A DNA stretch of 64,000 nucleotides from an uncultured cyanobacterium (GCA_963803805.1 CAWDOD010000008.1:1-64000), one strand, 5' to 3'; numbered from the stretch's first letter, positions 53,982-64,000 are shown. The notes: generated by a model not told the origin, from the letters alone. Numbers and translations: made by a program.

Positions 53982-55175
53982 TTACTCAACTCTAATGGTG
54001 GCAGTAACTTGCAGGTTAGTCAGTCCGGCCACTTTTTCACTCTTAGCCCCATCAAGTTCGATGTGAACTTCAATAACTTTGGCATCAATATTAGCAGCAG
54101 GATCTTCATTAACAACCTGTTGTTTTTCTACCTGTAAGCCAATTTGTTCAACTTTTCCTTGGAGTGTTTCAGGAATCACAGGTGATTTAATCTCAGCAGT
54201 TTGACCAATCTTAATTTTATTAATGTCACTTTGATAAACTTCAGCAATCACCATCATTTGCTGGGTTTGTCCCAAGGTGGCAATCCCCTCCTCAGCAATT
54301 TTTTCACCAGGGCGGGTGTGAATCTTCATAACTTGACCTGCACGGGGCGATCGCACCTCAGCTTGATCTAAATCTATTTTAGCTTCCGCAACTGCCGCCA
54401 GAGCCGATTGTACTTCTGCTATCGCCGCTGCTACATCTACCGGACGAACTTCTACAATCTGCTCAAGTGTAGCCTTCGCTTGAGCAATTTGCTTGTCACT
54501 GGTGGTTTGAATCCGCTTCAAGGCGGCTTGAGCTTCCTGGAGTTGTTGTTGGGTGGTAGTGTAGGTAAGTTGCCGTGCATCGCGCTCAGAGGCGGAAATT
54601 GCCCCCTGCTGATATAGGGATTCGTACCGTTGGTATTCAATACGGGCATTTTGCATTTCTGCCTCTAGACGATTGATGGTGGCACTTTGGGTATTCAAGT
54701 TACCAACCTGGTCAGCCTCTATTCTGGAAATTTCAGCGCGTTGTGCCTGGATTTCACCTGATTTGGCCCCGGCTTTTACCTGAGCTAGTTTTGTTTCGGC
54801 AATTTCAACCTGTTCCTTCGCTTTTTGCAAAGTAGCCTGTAAGCGATCGCGATTATCCAAAACAGCAATTACTTGTCCTGGCTGGACAAGATCCCCCTCT
54901 TTAATTAACAGTTCCTTGATGCGGCTTGTTTGGCTAGAACTTGATGCGGTAAGATTAATGACTTCACCCTCTGGCTCCAACCGCCCCAAGGCTGTCACTG
55001 TTTTGATTTTAGGTACAGGGGCAACCTTGGTTTGGGCTTCCTCCACTTGGGCAAAGCGAAATTGCCAAACTCCCCAAGCTGAAGCTCCAAATAGCCCTAA
55101 GAGAACTAAAATTAGTAGCCAGTTGCGAGGAATTTTTGAAGATGGGGTCTGGTTGCCCAAAGCCTCGGTATTCAT
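53982..55175 (-). CDS. devB: DevB-family membrane fusion protein (HlyD)
   Basis: VTALGRLEPEGEVI, coiled hairpin, AEVYQSDI, GLTNLQV; ATG at 55175. Confidence 0.9.
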   Translation of the reverse strand: MNTEALGNQTPSSKIPRNWLLILVLLGLFGASAWGVWQFRFAQVEEAQTKVAPVPKIKTVTALGRLEPEGEVINLTASSSSQTSRIKELLIKEGDLVQPGQVIAVLDNRDRLQATLQKAKEQVEIAETKLAQVKAGAKSGEIQAQRAEISRIEADQVGNLNTQSATINRLEAEMQNARIEYQRYESLYQQGAISASERDARQLTYTTTQQQLQEAQAALKRIQTTSDKQIAQAKATLEQIVEVRPVDVAAAIAEVQSALAAVAEAKIDLDQAEVRSPRAGQVMKIHTRPGEKIAEEGIATLGQTQQMMVIAEVYQSDINKIKIGQTAEIKSPVIPETLQGKVEQIGLQVEKQQVVNEDPAANIDAKVIEVHIELDGAKSEKVAGLTNLQVTATIRVE

Positions 55176-55217
55176 AAAGCTTATTCCCAAGATAGAAAGT
55201 ATTATAATATTTTAATT

Positions 55218-55236
55218 TTACTAAACGGTTTAGTAA
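55218..55236. promoter_or_regulatory. Probable TetR operator
   Basis: Perfect 9-1-9 palindrome ttactaaac-g-gtttagtaa between divergent devB and tetR. Confidence 0.7.
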
Positions 55237-55303
55237 TGTCAACTATGTTTTTGAGTAAAATGGGAAAATAGGGTATTACCATTATTCTTTGTGGGTTAAT
55301 TGC

Positions 55304-55924
55304 GTGAATCGTTCTAGTAAAAATAAATCAGATAAAGCGGAAGTGATTTTAGCTGGTGCGTTGCAAGTATTCACCAAGCATGGCTACGCGGCGGCCAGTA
55401 TGGATCGCATTGCCTCAGCCGCAGGTGTATCTAAACCTACCCTATATAGCTACTTTCAAGATAAGGAAGGCTTGTTTATCAATTTGATGCAGCAACTGAC
55501 CCAAAAGAGCAATGAGATAGTTTTTAGCCTGCGAACTAACCCTGATTTGCCAATTCCTCCTGATCAGGTACTACGTCAAATTGCAACTTCAGTACTAGAA
55601 GAGTTTTCTCATAATCAACAGCTTTTAACTTTGATGCGATTAATTATCGGCGAGTCGGAGAGGTTTCCTGAATTAGCTCGAACCTTTATGATAGAAATAG
55701 AAAAACCCCTATTAGAACAACTCTCTTTCTACTTAAAATCTCAACCTCAACTGAAATTGCCTGATCCTATGGTTGCAGCGAGGATTTTTGCTGGTTCTAT
55801 AGTACATTACCTGATTGTGCAAAATATCCTGCAAGGTAAGGATATTTTGCCTTTAGAGCGCGATCGCATGGTTAATGGTTTAGTTCACCTGATCATGGCT
55901 AGTAGTCTGTCTATTGGAAATTGA
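55304..55924 (+). CDS. TetR/AcrR family regulator
   Basis: HTH ILAGALQVFTKHGYAAASMDRIASAAGVSKPTLYSYFQDKEGLF; ESERFPELA; start uncertain (55289/55304). Confidence 0.92.
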   Translation: MNRSSKNKSDKAEVILAGALQVFTKHGYAAASMDRIASAAGVSKPTLYSYFQDKEGLFINLMQQLTQKSNEIVFSLRTNPDLPIPPDQVLRQIATSVLEEFSHNQQLLTLMRLIIGESERFPELARTFMIEIEKPLLEQLSFYLKSQPQLKLPDPMVAARIFAGSIVHYLIVQNILQGKDILPLERDRMVNGLVHLIMASSLSIGN

Positions 55925-55996
55925 TGGGGAAATAGTATCTTCAAAACTTATTACTTCTTGCTTCCCCAAACAAGCTACTACTTTTTAATCACTAGA

Positions 55997-56983
55997 TCAA
56001 GGTGTCTTCCAAATACGTTGGTGATAATCTTTGGGTTTAGCGTAGGGATCGCTATCACTATGATGATGGTGGTGATGCCCCTGTTCATGATGTTCATGGG
56101 ACTGTCCCTCTACTGCGGCAAGACGAAACTTACACATCTCACAATTCATAGCAACTTTACCTAACTGCGCTTCAATTTCTCGTTCCCTAATCACCTGTAA
56201 TAGTTGGGGTGCAATACCCATCTCTGGCAAACAAGTAAAATCAAGATCGGGATACTGTTCTTCTTGTTGGGCGGTAATGTTGAAGATTTTCTCCATTAAA
56301 GTTCCTGTAAACAAGAAATAAGGCAAAACAATAATCCGTTTTGCTTGATAGAAATAAGCACGACGAAAGCCTTCTTCTAAGCGAGGGTGAGTAATACCAA
56401 TAAAACAGGTTTCTACTGTTTTGTAACCACTCCCTTCCCAGATAATCCTCCCTAGTTTGCACACATCTCCGTTAGCATCGGGATCACTCGAACCTCTACC
56501 TACAAATAACAAAACAGTATCACTACGGGAGATATTGTCAGGATTATTTTGGGGTGTATCTAATTGGGCTAGGCGATCGCGCCACAGTTCAATAATTTTG
56601 GGGGTAATGCCAAAGTGACGACCATAATTGAAGTTTAACTGAGGATAAGGCGATCGCGCCCTGTCTAATTCGTTGGTAACATCAAATTTGTTATGCCTAG
56701 CCGCAAATAATAAAATTGGCAGGGCCGTAATTTCTGTGTAGCCTTGTTGAATACAAGCGTCTACTGCTTTTTGAATTGTTGGTTGAGTTAGCTCTAAAAA
56801 ACAAGGAATAACCGGACGAGAAGTGTCTAGTTTTTGGTAGGTTGCCACAAAATCAAGAAAGGTTTGTCTCCCTTGTTCATTTCTTGTACCATGACCAATG
56901 GCAAGTAAAGGTCTTTGATAGGGTAAAGGGGTCAATTGCAGTGAGTTAAAAACAGATTGGTTGAAAGAATTAGCCGTAAGCAT
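55997..56983 (-). CDS. cbiX: Sirohydrochlorin cobaltochelatase, long CbiX
   Basis: [28 protein letters not shown] motif and His-rich C-terminus. Confidence 0.9.
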   Translation of the reverse strand: MLTANSFNQSVFNSLQLTPLPYQRPLLAIGHGTRNEQGRQTFLDFVATYQKLDTSRPVIPCFLELTQPTIQKAVDACIQQGYTEITALPILLFAARHNKFDVTNELDRARSPYPQLNFNYGRHFGITPKIIELWRDRLAQLDTPQNNPDNISRSDTVLLFVGRGSSDPDANGDVCKLGRIIWEGSGYKTVETCFIGITHPRLEEGFRRAYFYQAKRIIVLPYFLFTGTLMEKIFNITAQQEEQYPDLDFTCLPEMGIAPQLLQVIREREIEAQLGKVAMNCEMCKFRLAAVEGQSHEHHEQGHHHHHHSDSDPYAKPKDYHQRIWKTP

Positions 56984-57030
56984 TAGTTTAGATTAGCTCC
57001 ATTTTCTGGAAACTAGTATAGTAGCAATTT

Positions 57031-57747
57031 ATGATGATTCGACGTTTATTAATGCTAAGCCTGTTAACAGGGCTAGCTTCCTGTGCCATGTCTAATCAGT
57101 CTGAGACAAGCGATCGCGTCCCCCAATCTTCTTCAGTTGAACCAGCACAATCTTTGAGTTTACCGGATATACAATGTCGAGGTGAGATTCCTGAAGCACT
57201 ACAAAAAGAGTTCGGAGAATATCGCCTCGCCCAACCTAATGATTTTATCCCTATTATTCAAGAGTTTGATCAAGAAACTGCCCCCCCAGGCAGAGAGAAA
57301 ATTACTTACACCTGTAGCCTTTTCACGGCTGATTTCAATCAAGACGAAAAACTAGATTATGCCGCATTGCTAGTAAATCCTCAAACCCAAACTGCCCAGT
57401 TTCGATTAGCCCTTAACCAAGGAGGGGATACATTTGCCAACGTTGTGGTTAGAGATTATGTTAAACCGCCACAGCCAATTACTGAAACCCTTTATGTAGC
57501 TATGTTTCTCAAGGCTTCAGGAGAAAAGGGAGTCGCCGAAAGAGAATATTTTCCCCTTAAGGTGGGGACTGCTGAACGGGAAGTCTTTATTAATAGTACA
57601 GCAATTGAGGTTTGGTTATCTCCTTATCAATTTGGAAATTTCCCTTCTCAATATGAAGAGGAGGACTTGAATGATGCGGTGGGGTATGGATCTGAAGTGT
57701 TTTATTTTGTTGATGGTCAACTCAAAACTGTTAGCGTTGCTGATTGA
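57031..57747 (+). CDS. Hypothetical lipoprotein with FG-GAP-like motif
   Basis: Lipobox LASC; ADFNQDEKLDYAALL resembles a Ca-binding loop. Confidence 0.8.
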   Translation: MMIRRLLMLSLLTGLASCAMSNQSETSDRVPQSSSVEPAQSLSLPDIQCRGEIPEALQKEFGEYRLAQPNDFIPIIQEFDQETAPPGREKITYTCSLFTADFNQDEKLDYAALLVNPQTQTAQFRLALNQGGDTFANVVVRDYVKPPQPITETLYVAMFLKASGEKGVAEREYFPLKVGTAEREVFINSTAIEVWLSPYQFGNFPSQYEEEDLNDAVGYGSEVFYFVDGQLKTVSVAD

Positions 57748-57847
57748 ATAGCAGTATTTATTCTTGGCAAAGGTAAAAGTAATCTTGACTGCCTCAGTTA
57801 GAATACGAGTATATTTCAGTTAAAATATTCATCCTGCTAAGCCAATC

Positions 57848-59458
57848 ATGAAACTTCGCTGCTGGTTTGTACTGTCTAGCGTTCTTGTTTTATTTTTATC
57901 TAGTTGCAGTCAATTTCAAAAATCTCTCAAACCCAGAGAAGGAGATGTAGTTTATATTTCTAGTTATTTTGATAATGGTGGACGCTTAGTTAATCACTTT
58001 GTCTCTGGTGATGTCACTGCTATAGATGAACTGTCCAATAGTTATGGCATGACTTATAGTGCAACGGAAGTGGGGGCGCAGGTTAGTACTTTTAAGTGGG
58101 GTATTCCCACTAATCTTTATGTGGCTAATCGTCCTGAAATTTCTGGGGAAGTTGTTGCGGAAACTCTGACGGCGGACAATTTTCTTAATGAGGGTAATAA
58201 CTTTTTTGCTGAAGGGCGTTATCAAGAGTCAGTAGCTTCATACGACAAAGCCCTAGAAATTAAACCTGATTACCATGAGGCTTGGTATAATCGTGGCATT
58301 TCCCTAGCGAAATTAGAGAAGTATTCAGAGGCAGTGGCTTCCTACGACAAAGCCCTGGAAATTAAACCTGACAAACATGAAGCTTGGTATAATCGCGGCA
58401 TTTCCCTACATAACTTAGGGAAGTATTCAGAGTCAGTAGCTTCCTACGACAAAGCCCTGGAAATTAAACCTGACAAACATGAAGCTTGGTATAATCGCGG
58501 CATTTCCCTACATAACTTAGGGAAGTATTCAGAGTCAGTAGCTTCCTACGACAAAGCCCTGGAAATTAAACCTGATAAACATGAAGCTTGGTATAATCGT
58601 GGCATTTCCCTAGATAACTTAGGGAAGTATTCAGAGTCAGTAGCTTCCTACGACAAAGCCCTGCAAATTAAACCTGATTACCATGAAGCTTGGTATAATC
58701 GCGGCATTTCCCTAGATAACTTAGGGAAGTATTCAGAGTCAGTAGCTTCCTACGACAAAGCCCTGCAAATTAAACCTGATAAACATGAAGCTTGGAATAA
58801 TCGTGGCAATTCCCTACATAACTTAGGGAAGTATTCAGAGGCAGTGGCTTCCTACGACAAAGCCCTGCAAATTAAACCTGACTTCCATGAAGCTTGGTAT
58901 AATCGTGGCATTTCCCTAGATAACTTAGGGAAGTATTCAGAGGCAGTGGCTTCCTACGACAAAGCCCTGCAAATTAAACCTGATAAACATAATGCTTGGT
59001 ATGGTCGTGGCAATTCCCTATATGAGTTAGGGAAGTATTCAGAGGCAGTGGCTTCCTACGACAAAGCCCTGCAAATTAAACCTGATAAACATAATGCTTG
59101 GTATGGTCGTGGCAATTCCCTATATGAGTTAGGGAAGTATTCAGAAGCAGTAGCTTCCTATGATAAAGCACTGGAGATTAAACCTGATTTCCATGAGGCT
59201 TGGAATAATCGCGGCGTTTCATTAGAGAAACAAGAAAAGTACTCAGATGCTTTGGATTCCTATGATAAAGCTTTGGAGATTAAACCTGACAAACACGAGG
59301 CTTGGAATAATCGCGGCCTTTCATTAGAGAAACAAGAAAAGTTTGATGAAGCTCTGGAGTCTTATGAAAAAGCTATAGAGATTAAGCCTGATTATCAATT
59401 AGCCATCAACAACCGCAAAAATCTACTCCAAAAACTAGGGCGTTCTCCCTCTGAATAA
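57848..59458 (+). CDS. TPR-repeat lipoprotein (12 TPRs)
   Basis: Lipobox LSSC; twelve 34-aa units such as HEAWYNRGISLxNLGKYSExVASYDKALxIKPD. Confidence 0.92.
   Translation: MKLRCWFVLSSVLVLFLSSCSQFQKSLKPREGDVVYISSYFDNGGRLVNHFVSGDVTAIDELSNSYGMTYSATEVGAQVSTFKWGIPTNLYVANRPEISGEVVAETLTADNFLNEGNNFFAEGRYQESVASYDKALEIKPDYHEAWYNRGISLAKLEKYSEAVASYDKALEIKPDKHEAWYNRGISLHNLGKYSESVASYDKALEIKPDKHEAWYNRGISLHNLGKYSESVASYDKALEIKPDKHEAWYNRGISLDNLGKYSESVASYDKALQIKPDYHEAWYNRGISLDNLGKYSESVASYDKALQIKPDKHEAWNNRGNSLHNLGKYSEAVASYDKALQIKPDFHEAWYNRGISLDNLGKYSEAVASYDKALQIKPDKHNAWYGRGNSLYELGKYSEAVASYDKALQIKPDKHNAWYGRGNSLYELGKYSEAVASYDKALEIKPDFHEAWNNRGVSLEKQEKYSDALDSYDKALEIKPDKHEAWNNRGLSLEKQEKFDEALESYEKAIEIKPDYQLAINNRKNLLQKLGRSPSE
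58172..59395 (+). repeat. 12 x 102-bp intragenic tandem repeat
   Basis: Exact 102-bp period; central units nearly identical at DNA level. Confidence 0.92.
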
Positions 59459-59486
59459 AAACTTACTAAACCATACTTTGTTGTCC

Positions 59487-60068
59487 CTACTTCCTATCTT
59501 CCTCTGCCAACAAATCCTGCAAGTTCACCTCTGGAAAATCCGGCGATAAACCCTTAACATTCTTCCCATTCTTATTCTGATAAACTCCATCTCCTCCAGC
59601 CAAAGCTGCTGTCATCTCTTTAAGGGTTATGTATGGATCAGCACCAGGTTTCAAAGTAACCAACAGGGGACAGTTACTATCACCACTCACCTTTGTATGA
59701 GCGCAATTCATATACTGCTTAGGAGTTGCCGGATCATCACGATAGGACAGCTTTGTTAAACCATCCTCACGATAGCCTTCTAACTTACTAGCAATTTCTT
59801 GGCATCTTTTTGAAGGTGTAAAATTTCCCCCCAAAGTTGTCACCATTTTTAACCAAGGTCTATCTATATCGTTTTTGCGATACATCACCGTCCAAACTTC
59901 CCCACCCTTAACAGTATCCGGGCGTAGTTCACAGGAAAAGCGGTCATTCTTACCAAAAAGTACCGGAATCCAAACATCTTTTAAAGTAACGCCTGCAACA
60001 GCAACACCAAGACCAAGAATAGCAATAATTAAATTTACGGGTTAGAGCCAGCTTTTCTTCTGAGACAT
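59487..60068 (-). pseudogene. COP23-like exported protein with in-frame TAA at codon 9
   Basis: ATG 60068 (MSQKKSWL*PVNLIIAILGLG...DRFSCE...WTVMYR) is in frame with ORF 59487..59888 (LGGNFTPSKRCQEIA, CPLLVTL); stop at 60042-60044. Confidence 0.65.
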
Positions 60069-60756
60069 AATCAATCGCTAGACAACCTATCTAGTCAACA
60101 ATGCTTATTTCTCTAGGATAGCTCGTTCAAAAATTGATAATTAATGTTTATTGATTAATAGGTTTAAGGTTTCTTTGAGGAAGTTTTTTTGAAGAGTAAG
60201 AATCTGTTTGAAAAACTGCTTTTTAGGACGCACCTTTTCCACCATGTACATAATACCATGTCAAGGGCGCTTAGCAACAGGCAAAAACTACTATTTAACC
60301 CATTTAATCAGTTAGCAAAATTATATAAGTAATAATTTAACTACATTAAATATGCGATTAAACATTTTGAAGTTTACATAACTTCAACTAAAAATTTGTC
60401 AACCCCCCAAGGTGCTTGCAAAGAACGCATTTACGTGGTTTAATGGGAAAATCAAAAAATCACTGTGGCCTTTTATGTCCAAAATTAAGCTTCGGTTTAT
60501 ACAACCTCGATAAACCGTTAATTAAGAGATGATTCCGAGAGAAATTACAGCGATGGGAAATTCTTGGATTAACAAATTTTGAGGCGATTTTAAAAGTTTT
60601 TTTGACTTATTTTCAGTTTAATGGTACACAAACTAGACTTAATTCTCAGATCCAAAATCAATACAAATAACAATTGAAGTTAACAAGCATACTCAAGAAG
60701 CGATCGCAGAACTAATAAGTATGCCTGTAGCAAATCTAATTCAATCGGCTAATCTC

Positions 60757-61149
60757 TTATCCTTTACCAAAAAGTCGTTTTAAAGGATTTGAAGCGATTC
60801 GCCCTAACCCACGAGGAATCTTTTTCTGTGCCGCTTGAACCGGATCTGGATCTGTAAAGATTTTGACTGCGCGATCGCGGAGTTGGTCACTCTGATTCTG
60901 ATCGGTAGATACCAGAGTTGCGGCCGGCTCATCATTGCCTTGGGTATCATTTAAAGCAGCATAGTAAGCCTTATCTAAACTGGGGATACTAGCGGCGATT
61001 GTCGGTAACTCTACGACCCGATTATCTAGATTTTGGCCAATAGCATAAAGCTGTTTTTGTAGACCTTCTGGTAAAGATTCATCTTGCTGAGCGAGGGCGC
61101 TCAAAAAAGCGGTTAGGCTTTTTTCTTGTTGGGGATTAAAAAGTGACAT
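60757..61149 (-). CDS. Hypothetical protein
   Basis: 130 aa ATG-initiated ORF of helical, protein-like composition. Confidence 0.75.
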   Translation of the reverse strand: MSLFNPQQEKSLTAFLSALAQQDESLPEGLQKQLYAIGQNLDNRVVELPTIAASIPSLDKAYYAALNDTQGNDEPAATLVSTDQNQSDQLRDRAVKIFTDPDPVQAAQKKIPRGLGRIASNPLKRLFGKG

Positions 61150-61436
61150 AGTTAAAGAGCCATTCTAACGAAAAAAGTGATTCTAGAAGAACCAGGTTAG
61201 AAAACTCCTGACGGAGAAAATGGACATCCTTTTTAAGATGGCAACTTTACTGCTCGTGTGATGTTCTTAACCGAATTCCTTTTAAAGAACCACCTTACTT
61301 GATAGTAAGAAACTTCACGTTCTTTGATCCTAGATTGTCACAAATATATCACTTCGGGTGTAGAGTCATCCTTGTCTTCTCTAACCTATTACTTAGTCAA
61401 ACAGACACAAAATAATGGGAGGCTTACACCAATTCC

Positions 61437-61645
61437 GTAGGGTGTGTTAGTGCGGCCAAAATTCTTGATAAATCAGTAAAATTCAATTCAGCACGTAACG
61501 CACCGCCAACAAGTTTAAAAGGCAGGATAATAATGGAAAAATCTGCTAATTCAACCTGTATTTATCATGATGGGAGCGGTGCGTTACGGCGGATAAAATA
61601 TTGTTGATTTAAACCCATTTTGTCATGCCGCCTAACACACCCTAC
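61437..61645. mobile_element. REP-doublet (REPIN/MITE-like) non-autonomous element
   Basis: Outer 14-bp IR gtagggtgtgttag / ctaacacaccctac; inner 12-bp IR gtaacgcaccgc (61495) / gcggtgcgttac (61576). Confidence 0.65.
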
Positions 61646-62143
61646 CGGACTGACTCAGCTAAAACAGCATAACTCTTTTCTATCGCCAATCATCCCTAGA
61701 ACAGAAAATAGTAACGCACCGCCAACAAGTTTAAAAGGCAGGGTAATAATGGAAAAATCTGCTAATTCAACCTGTATTTATCATTATGGGAGCGGTGCGT
61801 TACGGCGGATAAAATATTGTTGATTTAAGCCCATTTTGTCATACCGCCTAACACACCCTACCGGACTGACTCAGCTAAAACAGCATAACTCTTTTCTATC
61901 GCCAATCATCCCTAGAACAGAAAATAGTAACGCACCGCCAACAAGTTTAAAAGGCAGGGTAATAATGGAAAAATCTGCTAATTCAACCTGTATTTATCAT
62001 TATGGGAGCGGTGCGTTACGGCGGATAAAATATTGTTGATTTAAGCCCATTTTGTCATGCCGCCTAACACACCCTACCGGACTGACTCAGGTAAAACAGC
62101 ATAACTCTTTTTTATCGCCAATCATCCCTAGAACGGAAAATAG
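61495..62143. repeat. 3 x 216-bp tandem repeat
   Basis: Units start at 61495, 61711 and 61927 (gtaacgcaccgcc); seven single-base differences among copies. Confidence 0.95.
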
Positions 62144-64000
62144 AAGTATTGGGAAAAGCGATCGGATTATCTTCTGCTTGTAAGCGACGACGCAACCTTT
62201 GTAACTCCGTCTCCTTTAAAGGCAACTCATCCACTAATTGATAAGGTAACAACCCTTCATCTAAAACAAAATCTATAGTTGTACCTGCTGCTGCCCCAGA
62301 TGACCATTCAAAAGAGTGTACCCGATAAGCGGCTGCTGCAATATGACTAGTGGCGATACTCTTACCCACCACCAAAAAGTTATCAATCTTTTGGGGAATT
62401 AATGCCCGCAAAGGAATTTCAAAAGGATAAGCTTGCCCTGCCCCTTGACGTTCTCCTTCCTTTTCTGTATTGCCTGGTTTTTCCGGGGGACTTTCTACCA
62501 TACAAGGATGAAAATCAATAGCATAGTGGGCTATACCCACAGAATCAGGATAAATGCGCGAACGAGTCCGCCTTTCGACATTTTCTACTTCTACAGCACC
62601 TGTCAACACATCTAGGGCATTTATACCTGCTAACTCAGTCCATAAATTTCGGTAAATGTCTTCCGGTAAGTCTTGATAAAATTCACTGCGGTAATCTTGG
62701 CGAGAAATATCAATTTCAGCAACATCAAAACCATCCTCATAACCAAAGGAAGGACGACCAATAATTCTCCTGGCTTCTCGCATATAAGGATATTTTGATA
62801 AACCGTGAACTGTTCCCATGGGAGAATCTAAACCAGAAAGGAAACGATTATCCGGTTGAGGTTTCTTTACCCCATCTCCTAACTGAGAATCAGTGTCTCC
62901 TGCCACCAACCAATAAAAGTAACCCAGGGAATGTTCTTCTCCCCTGGCTAAGGTTTCTGCCCGCAGTCCCCCTAACCAACCCCCAGGTGCTAATTGTCCT
63001 GCGGCTTCTAACTGTTCGCGGGTATAAATTAAATTATCTTGGGAAGTTCCAGGGCGATAATCATTACCCCAAGTCCAGTTTTGCATGGAAATATCCCCAG
63101 GAGTGGGGGCAGTAAAACCAATACCGCCAAACTTTTCTTCTTCTCCGGTATCAGGACTCCAAATACGGCGATAGGTGAAAACCAGATCAAAATCTGCTAA
63201 CCTTTCTAACTCGTAACTATAATAGGGTTCGTATTGGGGATAAAACTCCGGCATTTCCTGGGTTTGGGGTTCCTCCGTTGCTTCCATGGCAAAGGTGTAG
63301 GTAAAGCCTTGGGTACAGTAGCGATCGCCTTCTACACTCGCAGAAGAAGGTTCCCGGTAGGAACGAGGATCGATACCTAAACGGTAAGGAACATCAGCGA
63401 GGGCAATTATTTCCCCAGTTTCGGTGGCATCCACCACATACCAATTAGCGATTTGGGAGGTTTCTGTAGCTAAAGGAACAAAACGAATGATATTTTTCGT
63501 AAATAACTCAGAGTCTTCGTAGCGATAAGCATCTTCAATAGTTTGAGAAAGGGGATAGGTATTTAAAGGAGGGGCATCGGGGGCGCTTTGATGTTGAATG
63601 GCGATCGCACTTTGCATCTGTTCCCCACCATTAGTTGTTGGAACAGAACTAATTTCTTTAATAACCGTAGAAGGGAACCATTTTAAAGTACCATTACCTT
63701 TCCTCGCTGCATCCTCCAACATAGAAACGAGAATATTATGACCATCTTCGGGTAAAAAACAAGACTCACTCACCCAACAATCACCGGGGTTAAGTTCCCT
63801 ATAACGATCTTGGATTCTTTGGCGCAACTCTAAATAACCGCGAGGATAATAAAGCAGCGATCGCTGGGTAGGGCGTTCATCTAAAGCAGAGGTTCCTTGG
63901 GCAGAAATTTGTCCCCCTAACCAATCGGTAATCTCTGTTAAACAAACCGTACGCCCTGCTAATAAGCTTTCATAGGCAGTCGCTGCCCCCGCCAGCCCTC
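62112..64000 (-). CDS. FAD-dependent oxidoreductase (5' end outside the window)
   Basis: Frame stays open to the window end (GLAGAATAYESLLAGRTVCLTEITDWLGGQISAQG); PYMREARRI, FEIPLRALIP, SHIAAAAYRVHSFEW. Confidence 0.88.
   Translation of the reverse strand, partial: GLAGAATAYESLLAGRTVCLTEITDWLGGQISAQGTSALDERPTQRSLLYYPRGYLELRQRIQDRYRELNPGDCWVSESCFLPEDGHNILVSMLEDAARKGNGTLKWFPSTVIKEISSVPTTNGGEQMQSAIAIQHQSAPDAPPLNTYPLSQTIEDAYRYEDSELFTKNIIRFVPLATETSQIANWYVVDATETGEIIALADVPYRLGIDPRSYREPSSASVEGDRYCTQGFTYTFAMEATEEPQTQEMPEFYPQYEPYYSYELERLADFDLVFTYRRIWSPDTGEEEKFGGIGFTAPTPGDISMQNWTWGNDYRPGTSQDNLIYTREQLEAAGQLAPGGWLGGLRAETLARGEEHSLGYFYWLVAGDTDSQLGDGVKKPQPDNRFLSGLDSPMGTVHGLSKYPYMREARRIIGRPSFGYEDGFDVAEIDISRQDYRSEFYQDLPEDIYRNLWTELAGINALDVLTGAVEVENVERRTRSRIYPDSVGIAHYAIDFHPCMVESPPEKPGNTEKEGERQGAGQAYPFEIPLRALIPQKIDNFLVVGKSIATSHIAAAAYRVHSFEWSSGAAAGTTIDFVLDEGLLPYQLVDELPLKETELQRLRRRLQAEDNPIAFPNTSIFRSRDDWR

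Noticed and set aside
58172..59395. Diversity-generating retroelement acting on the TPR array
   Set aside because: Several variable codons could derive from AAY, but others (GAA/AAT, AAC/GAG, AAA) cannot, and no reverse transcriptase or template repeat is present.
61495..62143. CRISPR array, or two real 67-aa genes (61620..61823, 61836..62039)
   Set aside because: Units are 216-bp near-identical copies without unique spacers or cas genes; the ORFs start at TTG and merely span repeat junctions.

Overview
Cyanobacterial chromosomal DNA: over 30 HIP1 octamers (GCGATCGC), heptamer tandem repeats, ntcA, ndhAIGE, sbtAB and mgdA/mgdE. Bases 1-9803 are an error-rich mirror image of 9809-19781, folding on a 5-nt loop inside mgdE. 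This is almost certainly a long-read fold-back artefact at the contig end, so the apparent pseudogenes there are not real. Its errors are informative: GATC repeatedly reads GATT and GGCC sites are scrambled, which suggests native methylated DNA. The rest is mostly housekeeping (mgdA, pyrE, tRNA-CAU, queC, KirBac channel, ntcA, fabI, hisB, MoxR operon, bioB, rseP, nth, rpsN, aat, tldD, ndhAIGE, devBCA-tetR, cbiX). The most notable accessory items are: a GC-rich, convergent sbtA/sbtB block with a structured leader; an orphan NarX/PilJ-type (putative nitrate-sensing) histidine kinase preceded by NtcA boxes; a TPS-CHAT protease-like giant; a possible split receptor Ser/Thr kinase; a 12-repeat TPR lipoprotein varying mainly at ligand-face residues; and a REP-doublet-associated 3x216 bp array that captured a gene 3' end. 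I found no CRISPR array, reverse transcriptase, integrase, transposase or recognisable defence system, and cannot claim a demonstrably new system. All product calls come from motif recognition, not database searches.
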